A DNA stretch of 63,995 nt, the filler included, from Reticulomyxa filosa (Eukaryota > Protista > Foraminifera): NCBI GenBank assembly GCA_000512085.1. It is 18 parts of 18 records of this genome, joined end to end, with 100 filler letters (N's around TTAATTAATTAA, not from the genome) between each part and the next. Parts side by side here need not be neighbours in the genome. Positions count along the whole stretch, not along the records: positions 44,148 to 48,906 come from ASPP01041896.1; positions 49,007 to 50,549 come from ASPP01026528.1; positions 50,650 to 52,789 come from ASPP01027303.1; positions 52,890 to 53,921 come from ASPP01029381.1; positions 54,022 to 55,154 come from ASPP01049392.1; positions 55,255 to 57,477 come from ASPP01001975.1; positions 57,578 to 58,691 come from ASPP01026639.1; positions 58,792 to 62,408 come from ASPP01029287.1; 10 more parts are not named here. The stretch is one strand, 5' to 3'. The position numbers and the translations under genes were made by a program. A model generated the notes under the pieces. The model ran no database searches, was not told where the DNA came from, and worked only from the letters and a program-made list of their open reading frames with translations. Of the stretch, positions 47,939-61,822 are shown in pieces. The stretch's first letter is position 1. Each line of letters opens with the position of its first letter.

Positions 47939-50416
47939 AGCTCAAATCAAATAGTCATTTATTTCTGCATAAAATAAAAAATAAAAAAAAAGCAGACAAA
48001 CGACTAAGTAGAGCAATGCATTAGTACTGTTAAATAAAATCATTTAATACTCTTTATTTTCATTCTATTTGTCTTTATGTGAAGTTAGAAATTACTCACT
48101 TGCTAATCACATTTTCACGTTTATTATATCCAAAGATTGAATTATTTGCTTCTAATAGACAGAAGTATCGAACTAACTGCAATAATGACAAATAAGGAAA
48201 TAAAAAAAATGTAACTAAGTTTCCCTTTGTAACAAGTTGTTTTAACTGAATTATAGTATAATTTTTAAATTGTGAAATAACTAAATAACGTAATAACTGA
48301 CTTACTTGATCGCCATTTAATTAGAAAAAAGTTTTTAATTTTAAAAAACATGTTCAAAAAAATAAAGAATATCTAATAGTAAAAATTAATTATTTGGCTG
48401 GTTTACTTCAATAAAGAATATAAATATACTTGTTAAGGACTTCTGTCTTGAGACATCAACTACATCAATGATTAAAAAAACCATTGAAAAAGTACAAATA
48501 CTATCAATTCACTTACAAAGAGTCTTTCAGATATTATTTACTTTTTGCAATTAGTTGGCCTTTTTGTAGGATTTCAGAATTATTATTTGCTGATTTTTTT
48601 TATTCTCAAGGATGTGCATTTGTTCTTTATGTTTCAATAAATTTTATTTAAATCCTTTTAAATATTTATATTCCACATGTATTACGTTGCCATTAACTTT
48701 GTTATCGATTTAGAAGGGATACCAGTTAAATTAAAGCATTCATCAATATTTATTGATGTTGCTCGGATTCTTTCTCAATAATTTGCATTTTCTCCTTTGC
48801 TTCTTTTTCATTTTCAAATTATTTATGTTTATAGCTTTTAGAATTAAAAAAATTGCGAAAGCATTTGTGTCGTTTTTGTAAAGTAAAGTATAAGAAAATT
48901 CTTATCNNNNNNNNNNNNNNNNNNNNNNNNNNNNNNNNNNNNNNNNNNNNTTAATTAATTAANNNNNNNNNNNNNNNNNNNNNNNNNNNNNNNNNNNNNN
49001 NNNNNNTTTTCTTTCACTTTTGTATTGTATTGAATTTTCAATGGATGGTGATATGATTGTTACTTTAACAGACTTTAGAACAATTCAAATATGGAATATG
49101 CAATCAGTGAGAGAAATTCGGAATTTCAGAGGATCTTCTAATGTATGATTCAAATTTGGTAATGTGACTAAACTATTTTTTAAGTGAAAGTATTATTTGT
49201 TATTTCCCTTATGTGATTGATTAATTATCATTTTTATTTTGTCTTTTCTTAAACATATATCTCTGTTTTCAAGCATAAAACATCAATTCTTTATCCGTGA
49301 CTCTAGACATACTGAAGAAGGTAACATAAGTGTAAGCACACAAAAAGAATTGAAGAGGATCCAATGAGGTGGATAAAAGGAGAAAAGAGAAAATACATAA
49401 TTGTGCATTTTGCGTGTCTTTTTTTCTTCTTAAAAAAAACTATTTCAATTCACAACAATGCCATCAAAGTTTAAATAAAATTACATTTTCTCTTTGGCAC
49501 CTTTTTTTTTTGAACTAACATATTTTGAAAACTTACATATAATTTAATTGAGGTGTGCAAAGTGAACCAGAATCAGGAAAATGCAAAACAGAAATGAAGA
49601 TGATGTAATGAAAGAAGAAATATCTTGATCAAAACAATTGCTTCAATTAGTTTGCAAAAAAAATTTTTTGAATAATTTAATAGTATATTCCAGTGGTTAA
49701 ACTTTTATTCTAACTTGACTTTGTATCAAAATCAGAAAATGGACAAGTAAAACAAATGATGAAAATAAATTAAAAAATGATAATTCAATCAAAGGCCCAA
49801 TTTATGTTCGGGATGAAAATATGTGAATAAAGCTTTTTGATTTATCTTTTTTTTTCCTTCATTAAAAATATCATGTCGTAAGGATTGAATGTAAACGGAT
49901 CCTTAAAATAATACTTTTTCAACTGTTTTCAGAATGATGTAATATGATATTATAAAGAATATATTCGCTTTGCATACAGCCACAGCTTAGAGTTATCTTA
50001 AGATGAACTATTTCTGAGATTAAAAGGATCTCTTTTGAGTTATTGTCCATTCATATCCTGCTTCAGGAAAAAATATTGTAGTAATGCATGCTGTTGTCCT
50101 TTTTATTTTACCCTGTTTTGAGTGTTCGATACTATACAAAAAAACAATTCAAAAAATTAGTAGTGAAGAAAACGCAATACTTAAAATATTTTGCAACTTA
50201 TTTTGAGTTTAGATACAAGTCTTATTTATTATGCTTTTCAACTTTAAGACATTGAATACAGCTTTTCAATTTTTTAAAGCAACAAAGAAAAATAAAATAC
50301 ATCATTCAATGCTTGCACTAAATCAAATTAAACAAGTTTTATATCACCTTATTTTTCTTTAATCAAACGTTTCAAAGAAGTAAAACACTTTCATTTCTTA
50401 TTCGATAAAAAATAAA

Positions 50417-50549
50417 TTATCCCCAAATATGAATGGGACCATTGCCTGAACCATACCACAAATTCAAATCATACTTAACATTCTTTGTTTTCTCTTTCTT
50501 TTTCAATAAAATAAATTTAAGACAAAATATTCCATTGTCTCCTTCATTA
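50417..50549 (-). CDS. C-terminus of a WD40-family protein
   Basis: GDNGIFCLKF...DLNLWYGSGNGPIHIWG*, the same tail as the paralogues at 50650, 52457 and 56968. Confidence 0.75.
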
Positions 50550-50649
50550 NNNNNNNNNNNNNNNNNNNNNNNNNNNNNNNNNNNNNNNNNNNNTTAATTA
50601 ATTAANNNNNNNNNNNNNNNNNNNNNNNNNNNNNNNNNNNNNNNNNNNN

Positions 50650-51215
50650 ACAAAAATGATAATAATAATAAAATGAATAATATTGGTGTTATTGGTGGAA
50701 ATGGATATACAATTTGTTCTGGATCAGATGATAAAACCATTCGAATATGGGATATTGAAACAACCAAACAATTAAATATATTCAAAGAACATGCAGATAC
50801 AGTAATGAGTGTAAAATATGGATCAAATGAATTATTAAATACAATATTATCTGGATCAGAAGATAGAAGTGTTCGTTTGTGGGATATTCGATCTGGTAAA
50901 CAAATTCAAGTGTTTAATGGACATACATATTGTGTGAATGCTGTTGAATATTCGCCATTTGTAATAAAGAACATTTGTAATTCAAATGTGATATGTTCTG
51001 GATCAGATGATAATACAATTCGTTTTTGGGATATTCGATCAAATAAGAAAGAATTGTATGTGATAGAAGAAAGTGATGAAAGAGATTGTAGAATAATATG
51101 TTTTAAATTTTTGCAATTAAGAAAGAATGAGAAAAGAAAAAGCGATGATGAAATTGATTGTAATATTAATCTGTGTTACGGTCTACGTGGAGGTTTGATT
51201 CGTATTTGGGGATAA
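50650..51215 (+). CDS. WD40-repeat protein, 3' part
   Basis: ICSGSDDKTIRIWD, ILSGSEDRSVRLWD and ICSGSDDNTIRFWD repeats; ends IRIWG*. Confidence 0.9.
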
Positions 51216-52456
51216 TGAAGAAATTTTGTTGATGGCTTGACTTTGAACAAAAGGAAGATCAACAAATTTGAGAAAGGCCAAATATGCATATATTTTTTTA
51301 CTATTTTTTTAAAAAGTCTCCTCCCTTGGCTTGATTGCTGTCCAAATCCTTTAATTATAATGTATATAATGCATACAAGGCGATGTCGCTTTCCTGAAAT
51401 AAGTACTTTATCATTATTATCACACATACACATGTGCATCTCCATTCCGTTAACAGAATTAGGACTGCATGTTGTCTTTTTTTTACACATTCAGTTTTTT
51501 AGTTGAATTTTTGTCTTGTTCATTCGTTTTTGTTTTTTTAAATAAATTTGTGGGCAACGAATACAGTTGATGCTTCACAACTACATCTTGCTTCAGAAAT
51601 AAAACAACTTCATGTGTAAAAATGATATCAAATTAATCAATGCAATATCAATGAATATTACATTATGTGTGTCCTTTACGTGGTATAAATAATAGTATTG
51701 CTACATTGAATAATTACGATGAGATTATTGAATTGATGATAAAAGCTGAAACTGATATTATAATTAAAACAAAAACAGAAAAGATAGCATTGGACATTTA
51801 AAAATCTTAAATTGTGCCAAACAAACAATAATAATGAAACAACTGATGAAAAAGAAACGGCCCACAAAGAAAGCGGGTAATAGCCTAACAAAAAAAGGCA
51901 CTTTTAAAAATGCAAACATACTTGGAGTCAAAATCATTTAATAGGCTCTACGAATACACTTCTTTTTTAATCGGTTGGAGCAAGATTTTTATAAGGATTA
52001 ATCTAACTTATTTCAAAGGGCGTTTATTAATCAAAACAACTGTTCTTACTTTATTGTCTGCCTTTCAAATTTAAAAAGTCTTTTCCCTTTTTTATATCTA
52101 TTGTTGTATTCTCTAAAAAAATTTGATAATATTTTAAGTTTTTAAATGATATTCCGATTCGAAATAAAAAGAATTTATGTCATGAATCATTACAAAAACA
52201 ATTGTGTTTAATGCTATAAAAAAACACACTTAAAATATTTTGCAATTTGTTTCATACTTGGATAAAATTTTTATTTGTTATATGCTTTTGAATTCTTCAA
52301 AAAAAAATGAGCGCTGCTTTTTTAATTTTTTTAAAAAACAAAGTAAGATAAAACACATCTTTCAAGGCTTGCATTCAATCAAATTTAACATCACAATACT
52401 TTTCTTTCAATCAAACTTTTCAAACAAAACATTTTCATTTCTTGTTCAACAAAAAG

Positions 52457-52789
52457 TTAATTTCCCCAAATACGAATTGGACCATTGCATGAGCCATAGC
52501 ACAAATTCAGATCATATGTAATATTCACTTTCTTCTCTTTCTTTTTCAATCCAATAAATTTAAGACTAATTATACCACCATCTTTGTCATTTCCTTTGAT
52601 CATATACAATTCATTCTTATTTGATCGAATATCCCAAAAACGAATTGTATTATCACTTGATCCAGAACATATCACATTCGGATTATTAATATTATCCTTT
52701 ATTATAAATAATGAATATTCAATAGCATATACATAACTTTTATGCCCATTGAACACTTGAATTTGTTTATCAGATCGAATATCCCACAA
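52457..52789 (-). CDS. WD40-repeat protein, 3' part
   Basis: WDIRSDKQIQVFNGH...ICSGSSDNTIRFWD...GPIRIWGN*. Confidence 0.9.
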   Translation of the reverse strand: MWDIRSDKQIQVFNGHKSYVYAIEYSLFIIKDNINNPNVICSGSSDNTIRFWDIRSNKNELYMIKGNDKDGGIISLKFIGLKKKEKKVNITYDLNLCYGSCNGPIRIWGN

Positions 52790-52889
52790 NNNNNNNNNNN
52801 NNNNNNNNNNNNNNNNNNNNNNNNNNNNNNNNNTTAATTAATTAANNNNNNNNNNNNNNNNNNNNNNNNNNNNNNNNNNNNNNNNNNNN

Positions 52890-53896
52890 ACAAAGAAGAA
52901 TATAATAATGCAATTGAATATTATAAAAAATCACTAAAAATTCAATTGGAAAAGTTGGGATCTGATCATCTTGATATTGCTATTTTATACAATAATTTGG
53001 GAATTGTTTATGCTAACAAAGAAGAATATAATAATGCAATTGAATATTATAAAAAATCATTAAATATTAAATTGAGTAAATTGGGATATGATCATCATGA
53101 TGTTGTTATTGTATATAATAATTTAGGACTTATTTATGATAAGAAAGAAGAATATGATAAAGCAATTGAATGTTATGATAAATTACTACAATTCAATTGG
53201 ATAAATTGGGATCTAATCATCTTGAAATTGCTACTTCATATAATAATTTGGGACTTATTTATAAAAAAAAAGAGAATACGACAAAGCAATTGAATATTAT
53301 GAAAAATCATTACAAATTAATTTAGATAAATTGGGATCTAATCATCTTGATGTTGCTACTTTATATAAAATTTAGGACTTGTTTATAAAAAGAAAAAAGA
53401 ATATAACAAAGCAATTGAATATTATGAACAATCATTAAAAATTAGATTAAATAAATTAGAATCTGGTGATTGTATTATTGGTGATTTATATTTCAACTTA
53501 GGATTTGCTTATGAAAATAAAGGAGATTATGATAAATCAATTGAATATTATAACAATTCTTTAAATATTGATTTAAATAATTTGGGACCTAATCATCCTG
53601 ATGTTGCTGCTTTATACAATGATTTGGGATTTGTTTATAAAAAGAAAGGAGAATACGACAAAGCAATTGAATATCTTCAAAAATCATTACAAATAAATAA
53701 AGATACTTTTGGAAATTTTGATAAAAGGGTTGAAGAATGTTGTTATAGATTAGGATTTGCTTTTGAACAAACAGGAAAAAATGAAGTAGCAACAAAATAT
53801 TTCGAAGAATCATGGAAGATATCCAGTGTTATATCAGGAGAATGGAATCAAAGGACGTTACACGGAAAAATAAAAGTAGAAGATTTAAGCAAATGA
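52890..53896 (+). CDS. TPR-repeat protein (42-aa, kinesin-light-chain-type repeats), 3' part, two frameshifts (~53185, ~53370)
   Basis: Tandem ~126-bp units encoding LG.DH.DVA..YNNLG.VY..K.EY.KAIEYY.KSL. Confidence 0.88.
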
Positions 53897-55794
53897 GTTT
53901 GTGTTTATAAAAGAGAACAAANNNNNNNNNNNNNNNNNNNNNNNNNNNNNNNNNNNNNNNNNNNNTTAATTAATTAANNNNNNNNNNNNNNNNNNNNNNN
54001 NNNNNNNNNNNNNNNNNNNNNATTCCCCAAACAATCGGACCAATGTTTTTATTTCTTTGGCATATTTTTGGTCTCTTTCATTTCCGTCATTGTATTTTTT
54101 ACTGTTGTTGTCTTGCATGCCTCCATTGCATTTCACATCTCCTATTGAAATACAGTTTAACAATATCCTTTGTTTTGTACAGCCATATATCATACTGCTT
54201 TGTCATATACCAAGTGTTGCACCATTGTCAACATTTTTATGATATATCAGCGATTTTATTATGATGGGCAGCATAGCGAACTGGTGAGCATTACCAGCAA
54301 TTGTCTTTTTCGTACGAAAAAAATAGTGTTAGCTTCTTTTTTTTTATTAAAAAAGCCATATGAACAAATAAAAAAATGGAATCAACTTCAAAGCATTGCA
54401 TCTTGTTTTCTTTGATGTACTGTAATTGAATAGATTTTCTAAAATGATATGCACGAACTTTTTGAAGTTGAGCGCACTTTCGCAATAGAGGCGTTTCATC
54501 AATTGATAAAGGTTTTCTGTCACTTGTTACCATTCTCTCTATGTACGTAATTTTTTTTAAAAAAAAGGAAAATGTGGCATTTAACCTTAAGAGTAACCTC
54601 AAATTATTACGTATTCAATAACATAACCACTTAGTAATATTTAATTTCACTAATCTTCTGTTTTATTACCTACGTAATATCTTCTAAAGAATAGGACCGA
54701 ATTTGACAATATGTGCAAATGTAAAATTAATTTATTCTTTGTATTGTTAAAACTTAATTAATAAACATTTATCTTTTGTGTTTTATTTAAATGTTCATGC
54801 TATTGTCAGGTAACAAAGCTATTCGTGGAATATTCTAATTTCATAATATGATTTTGTTTTGTTTGTCTACAAACGGATAAATATTTCTTTTTTTGTCGAT
54901 TTATGTAAGTTTGTTATATTTGTTTAAACACCAAAAAAAAATTAATATTATTTTCATTATCACAATATAATTCAATCACGCAAGTTAAAAAATAAGTTAA
55001 TTTGCCTTTATTACGTGTCGATTTAATCATTCTTTTTATGAAAAAACTAACATTTAATAGTTGTAAAAAATCACAATATACAATTACATAGTCTTCAATA
55101 ATTTACTTAACTTTAATTTTTCAAAGTTAAATACTCAAATTTTTACTCTTCAAANNNNNNNNNNNNNNNNNNNNNNNNNNNNNNNNNNNNNNNNNNNNTT
55201 AATTAATTAANNNNNNNNNNNNNNNNNNNNNNNNNNNNNNNNNNNNNNNNNNNNTCCAGTTTTTTTAAAACGCTTTTTCATTTTTATGTTTTTTGAAAAA
55301 AATAGTATTTGTTTTTGTGAATTTTCAAAAACTTTTCTTTCTGATAAGGTAATTTTCAAAAAGATATTGTAACGAATAACATAATAACTCAGAAGATCAA
55401 GAAAAGGAAATCTGTTTATATTTGTAACTCTGTATGATTAAGTTTTTTATTTTATGAGCGAAAGGAAATTATATTCAAATTTATGTCTTTTTTGGAATGG
55501 AGTTTTGGATATAAAATTTTTGTTTTGAGGGGCATGTCTGGCATTTCAATTTTGATTGCATTATTTAAGAAATAAATGCGAAATAGCGCCCAAGGTATAC
55601 GCAATTCAATAGTGTACTTTGGAGTTAAATGTCTTTTTTTAAAGTAGAGAATATTAATGTTGAAATGTTATACGCTTCCAAAAAACAATAACTGACGATA
55701 AAGTTTTTTTTAGTACTTCTATTCAACAACATCGATCTATAATAATAATAATTAAAACAATGAAGATTTTATTATTATCTAACAAAATAAAGAA

Positions 55795-55935
55795 TAAGAG
55801 ATCCAATTAATAATTACATTGGATTCGGATATTAAATATTAAATTAGGATGGATCCACGATTTTCTCTAGATGATAAATTGTTGTTTGTGTTCAAAAAGA
55901 TAAAAAATTCGAATGAAAGTATTTGAATGACGTGA
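55795..55935 (+). pseudogene. Decayed GWIxDF-WD40 gene fragment
   Basis: EIQLII/..WIRILNIKLGWIHDF with frameshift, fused to an FSLDDK WD40 remnant. Confidence 0.55.
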
Positions 55936-56967
55936 AATATTTTCCAAGATTATAGAGACGTGCAAGAAATAAATTTAATCATTAGTCCTCTATCTAACTC
56001 TAGTGGATATTACTAAGTCGTATAGAGAGATGATTTTTTTAATAGTATTCATATATACACTATTTTTATTGAGATATATTCTCCGTAAGTAACAGGAAAA
56101 GTCTTTGTCTTTACAGTGAATTTTTTGTCAATATTTGATAATATGTACTATGTATAGAAACACATAAATTTTTATTTTCTTTAAAAAAATTATTGTTTAA
56201 ACTATCAATAATATCACTACTCTTTATTATGAGTGTAAATAAGATTAATCACTTGGCGTCTTGTATCTCTATCATAAAGCATTTGCCAGTGACATGATCT
56301 GTACAATACAGCAGTTGCCATTTTCTGGTCCTACCTTGAATGCAACAATGATTGCTAATGTTAATGTTAATGTCAACGCCAATGACAAGTCGTTTGTGTT
56401 TGGCAAAACCAAAATAACACCAGACGTTGCATTGGACTACTGGTGTGAAACAAAAGGAGCGGTGAAAGTGAAGATGGATTGAACTGGACGGTGTGTTGAT
56501 ACAAAGTAGAGCACAATGGCAAAGAAGAGGTGCGATTTTTTCGGATGTGCTTGAATGTGTTGTATTTGTATTGGATCGATTGACACAAATCCCTTGCCAA
56601 TTCATATTGGTTGCAATAATATCATTGAGACGTGAAGAAGCGATGACTCGGATGTTGAATGCGCTTGTTTGATTGACGAAATGCGTTCTTTCTTTACAAA
56701 TGCAATATTTAAAACAGCGTTAATTTGATTAGAGAAACCCCCGTGATAAAATCAAATACAGTAGAATGCACAGTAAAGTTGACACATAAAACGGCACCTG
56801 CATACACATAAAAGAGATTTAAAGATCAGTTGGGTGTACATTGTCACAAAAACAATATTTCATCTTTGTTGAAAAAATGAGACTATTAAGACCTTGCCTG
56901 AATAATTAAAATCCAAATTTTAGATTGACTGAATTGAAATGGAAATCAAAAAAATTTATTCATATAT

Positions 56968-57477
56968 TCATCCCCAAACACAAATTACATTTCTTGAACC
57001 ATAACATAAATTAACACAACTATTGCCATTTGATTTTTTTTCATTATTGTTTAATCTCTTTTTCAATTCTATAAATTTAAGACATAATACTTTTTTATTT
57101 GTATTTATCACATACAATTCATTCTTATTTGACCGAATATCCCAAAAACGAATTGTTTTATCATCTGATCCAGAACATATCACATTTGAATTACCATCAA
57201 TAACTTCACTACTGTTCTTTATAACAAATGGCGAATATTCAACACACGTTACGTCATTTTTGTGCCTATCAAACAATTGAATTTGTTGACCAGATCGAAT
57301 ATCCCACAAACGAACACTTTTATCCAATGACCCAGATAATATTATATTTCTTAATTCATTTGGCCCATATTTTACACTCTTCACATAACTTCTATGCCCA
57401 TTGAATACATTCATTTGTTTGGCTGTTTCAATATCCCATATTCGAATAGTTTCATCAAATGATCCAGAACAAATTGT
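56968..57477 (-). CDS. WD40-repeat protein, 3' part
   Basis: [15 protein letters not shown]...ILSGSLDKSVRLWD...ICSGSDDKTIRFWD...VICVWG*. Confidence 0.9.
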   Translation of the reverse strand, partial: TICSGSFDETIRIWDIETAKQMNVFNGHRSYVKSVKYGPNELRNIILSGSLDKSVRLWDIRSGQQIQLFDRHKNDVTCVEYSPFVIKNSSEVIDGNSNVICSGSDDKTIRFWDIRSNKNELYVINTNKKVLCLKFIELKKRLNNNEKKSNGNSCVNLCYGSRNVICVWG

Positions 57478-57814
57478 NNNNNNNNNNNNNNNNNNNNNNN
57501 NNNNNNNNNNNNNNNNNNNNNTTAATTAATTAANNNNNNNNNNNNNNNNNNNNNNNNNNNNNNNNNNNNNNNNNNNNTTATTGAAATTGAGCTGGATAGT
57601 TGGCATCCTAACACAGCCGATAGAACTATGCGAGGAAAGACTTATTTCAAAGTTACTTTCAATTTATTTTTATATTTATTCTTGTTTTGTTTTCATTTCA
57701 TCTTATCGCATTCTAGTGCGCTCCCGATCTAGGAACAGTTGTATGATTTATTTATTTGTTTTTTAGAAAAAAAATATAAATACTTGATTATTGTTGGATT
57801 TTGTTTTGATGCAG

Positions 57815-58625
57815 GAAAGCAAACTGACGGCAACAACGATAACAACCTCGATAACAAAGACGAAACAACGCCACCTCCGCAAGTGCTATTATCAAAAAAT
57901 CAAATTCAAGATTGGAAACTACGTGAAGTTATCTCGAGGGAAAACAGGAGTGGTGAAATGCATTGGAGAGATCATCAGTTTGGAGTTGGACACAATGGCA
58001 CAGTGTGGGGAAAGAAATATTTTGAAACGAACATAGGTCGTGGTCATTTCACGCGAAAAGGCCCCATTTCTCAAGTAGTGATTCCTTTGATGAACACATT
58101 GGATCCGAAAATTTCAAATACGACCTTCCAATTGAAACCATTCAAGTCCAACGATCGCATAATTTTCGTCAATGGAGGGGCGACAGTGGTCATCAAATAC
58201 ATTGGTCATCCTCCTTTTTCCAATGGTGAAGTTATTGGCATTGAATTAGGTTTGTTCTTTTAGAAACAATTTTTTTTTATATGTAATGCTATGTTGTCTT
58301 TTCTTTATAGACGTATGGCCCTGGTGCTCATGATGGCGTGCACAACCAATATCGATATTTTCAGGTTTTTTTTTTTCTTATTTTTATTGTGAAATATTTG
58401 TTTGAAGTCAAAAGACATATATCAATTGAGAGTGACTTGCTTTGAGTGTACAATGTAGTGTCCCAAAGAAAAGAGGCCTTTTCGTCAAACGAAACTCAAT
58501 TGTCACCATTCAATCGATTCCGGAAGTGGAAACCAGAGCGAAAGGCCATAGCGACGACGAAAGGAAGGAAATCAAACATAGTATTGGACAACGAGCGTGG
58601 ATTGACAAGGTAAAAAAAAAAGGAG
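57815..58625 (+). pseudogene. Tandem CAP-Gly repeat protein fragment, frameshifted
   Basis: FKIGNYVKLSRGKTGVVKCIG and GHNGTVWGKKYF lie in different frames. The second repeat reads IKYIGHPPFSNGEVIGIEL...GAHDG...RYF...KRGLFVK. Confidence 0.7.
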
Positions 58626-59685
58626 TTAATCTGACTATTTTTTTTTTCAAACGATGTTCAATGATGGGCTTTGAAATTTGGAAAAATAGAANNNNNNNNN
58701 NNNNNNNNNNNNNNNNNNNNNNNNNNNNNNNNNNNTTAATTAATTAANNNNNNNNNNNNNNNNNNNNNNNNNNNNNNNNNNNNNNNNNNNNTCATCCTAT
58801 TTTTTTTTTTTGTAGAGCCAGTGGATTGCAGTGAACTCGGTGAAAGTATATCAGATTTGGTCATAGTTTATTATTGGTATTTGTAGATGTTGTAGATGTG
58901 GTGGATATTACTGTTATGTATTGTGATATATTGTAATTGATCGCTTTGGATGATTATATATGATTGTGTATAATATATTCCAATGGCAGTCCCAGTATAC
59001 TGTTGTAATTTTGCCTGCGATGTTATGTAAATTATGATAACATGCATAACAGTCAAGATTGAAGACCAGATTGATACTCGATGACGAAATATGTGTTCAC
59101 AAATATTGACCAGTTCTGATTTCAACTGCTGGAGCTGTTCGTACTTTCTGTCCTCTTTGTAAGCTGTATTCATGATCGCAGCCTTTCTAAGTCCAAGCAT
59201 GTTATTCAAAGAAAACGATGAACTGTAATATCTTGTCCAATTGTCCATTATGTCTGTGGATTTTTTTCTAAGACCCTTCAACAGAAACGTAGAAATGTTG
59301 TTTAGATTAATTTTGTAAAAGTCTTCCTCTTTATTGTCTTTCAAAAAAAAATTTTACACAATAATTAATTTTAATTCAATTAATCCATGCTTAAGCAGTA
59401 CAATGATCATTGCTGGATTTTAACTAACGATTTTTCGTTCCACAAATAACTTCGTACAGTCGAGGGACAAAAAAGTTACTGAATAACTTAACATTTTCAG
59501 AAATCATTTCACCAAGGTGATATTATCTCTTTTCCTAGCTTATTGTCACAAATTCTTTGAATAAACACATTAAATAATCTTGTTGTTGTAAATTTGTAAA
59601 AAATATTGAAAGTTTAACAAAAATTTATAGATAATGTAATACAATTTTTTAAAAAAATGAAAGAATGTTTACTTTGAAAAAACTA

Positions 59686-60400
59686 CAATATTAGTTTGGA
59701 CAATAAAGGGTGTTCCATCAGTGAAGGAGTAAGGTTGTTCATTTTCGGAGCGATCACAAGTAATGATAATGGCCTGACCCAGATAACTTCCAGCAATAAT
59801 AAGTACACAGACGCAATATACTCTGCTATTTTCAGGGAGGAAACAACGGAGTCAAACGATTGACGCGGTTTGGTCAATAAATTCCTCTGTTTGAATCCAA
59901 TGATCCAACTACCAAAAGCCTTTATAAGATTTGTTCAATAGCTTGTTCTTGTCACACGAAAGTTCGCACTAACGCTGACATAATCAAAGGAGTTGGAAGA
60001 CTAGGAGTGGTTAAAATGGAGTCCCTTCAAAATACCGACATATCCTGTCCAAGATATGCAATGACAGATCACTTAACTTTGGAGTGTGAATCTTTAAAGA
60101 TTTCAAACACTCCATTTCCCAACCCATCGTTCGGATATGAATTGGCTTGCTTTTATTCTTTCGATCAATTGTTACTATGCTTGTGCATAATGCAGTTGCT
60201 TCGTATATCAATTGCATCATTATTAATTCGTCTTTCATTTTTTAAAAAATTTTGTTTGTAATATACCATCCATTTGAATTGCTTCAGTGTCCCTGTTATT
60301 ATTGATTTCAATATTCCACCCATTCTGTCACCTTAATTTTCCATAAACTGATTTGTCACTTTCCTCACTATCTCAAAATCTTTTTGTATGTGTTTAATAT
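59686..60400 (-). pseudogene. Acid ceramidase / NAAA-like Ntn-hydrolase pseudogene
   Basis: QLIYEATALCTSIV...IHIRTMGW matches the autoprocessing YE...CTSIV...HGR.MD motif. Downstream has stops and shifts but keeps IASVYL and FIVQTN remnants. Confidence 0.7.
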
Positions 60401-61822
60401 ACCCAAATGAGTTTGTGTTGTTCAGTCATTATTTTGTTAACTTTGTGTGCTGTGATTATCTTCTTCTAACAAACAGAGGGATCTGCGTCCAAAGTTACTA
60501 TAAAAAGTGAAACTTTTGTTACATGAACAATAGCACTTCTTTCTTCTGCCACGAGAAGACTTTACTCTTTTTTTTTTTATATGTTGACCAATTTCAAAAA
60601 ATAAAATTGAAATTGAAATTGTTTCATGCAATCAGATGTGAACTTTATCTTATTTAATATAAACAATGAACACCAAATTTTTATTATAACTGATATAATT
60701 TTATTCAGTAAAAATATTATGATGGAGTGCTGACTGGGCACAAAGTGTAATACGAAAAGATATTGCTCTGAGCAAGTAAATTAAATCAAAAAGAATAAAT
60801 AACAACAAAAAGAGAATTTAGTTAGTAGAGAAGTTTTGGGAAAAGGGATTTCAAGTTTCATTTTAACCTTGATATTAAACAGTACTATCTGTCTAGGTAT
60901 TTTTTTTCCATGAAACAAGCAAAATCAACAGTATATTACAAATTGCTCTGGCAACAGCGAAACTCAGAGAAATAGAATCCCATTTTTTAAAAAACCTTAC
61001 TTACTTCTTTCACTCGTTTTCTTTTCTTATTCTTGCCTTTGTCACTTCATTTTTTTTTACTTTTTTGAACTATTCCAAAACATTCTTTTCTTATTACACT
61101 TTGTGCAAGTTTTAAGTAGGTCCGTCTATCACAACAGGAATCAATAAATGAAAAAAATAAGTAACCAATATATAGGAAAAAACAAAATTAGAAAAATATT
61201 ATGCACATACTTGTTAATAGAAAATACGACTATCAAATTCATATATGACGCAAAGTAATATTATCATTATTAATTTAGGAATGACATGAAATTTAAATAA
61301 ATAATCGTTGTTATTGCAATAGTTTATGCAGTTAAATTAAGTTTCGTTAAAAAATTTCTAAATATTGGAATACAATTTCTTTTACTGAGAGATTAGTTTT
61401 GACTAAATCCAGAATATAGAAGTTCAAAAAACTGTAAAACAAAATTTTTAAGTTGTCGTTTGCTTCCTTTGTTTTGCAAATTCCTTTATTAATATTTAAC
61501 AACAAAGAAAGCAAACGTTAAATTTATTTCTTTGCTTAATCTTTTTAACTTTGTTCCTTCGGACTTAGGCCGAAGAAAACAAGTCAAAAAGTTTTTCACT
61601 GTTCTATTGACAGTGTTTATAAATAAAGGATTCTTGGCCATTAAATATGACTACCAACGCAAACCAAAAAGTTTGTTTTTTGGAGTTGAAATCACGAGAA
61701 CGCTTTTTTTTTATTTTGCAGGGTCGGACTATTTTATGTTTTTATAATGTGTTTTTATCTTATTGTAGGGAGTGGGTGATAGATGAGTTGAGGGAAAAAT
61801 GAAAGAAGTCTTAATAGTTTGA

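Noticed and set aside
46000-49500. Possible genes in the long AT-rich stretch
   Set aside because: Only short interrupted fragments; nothing assignable to a family.
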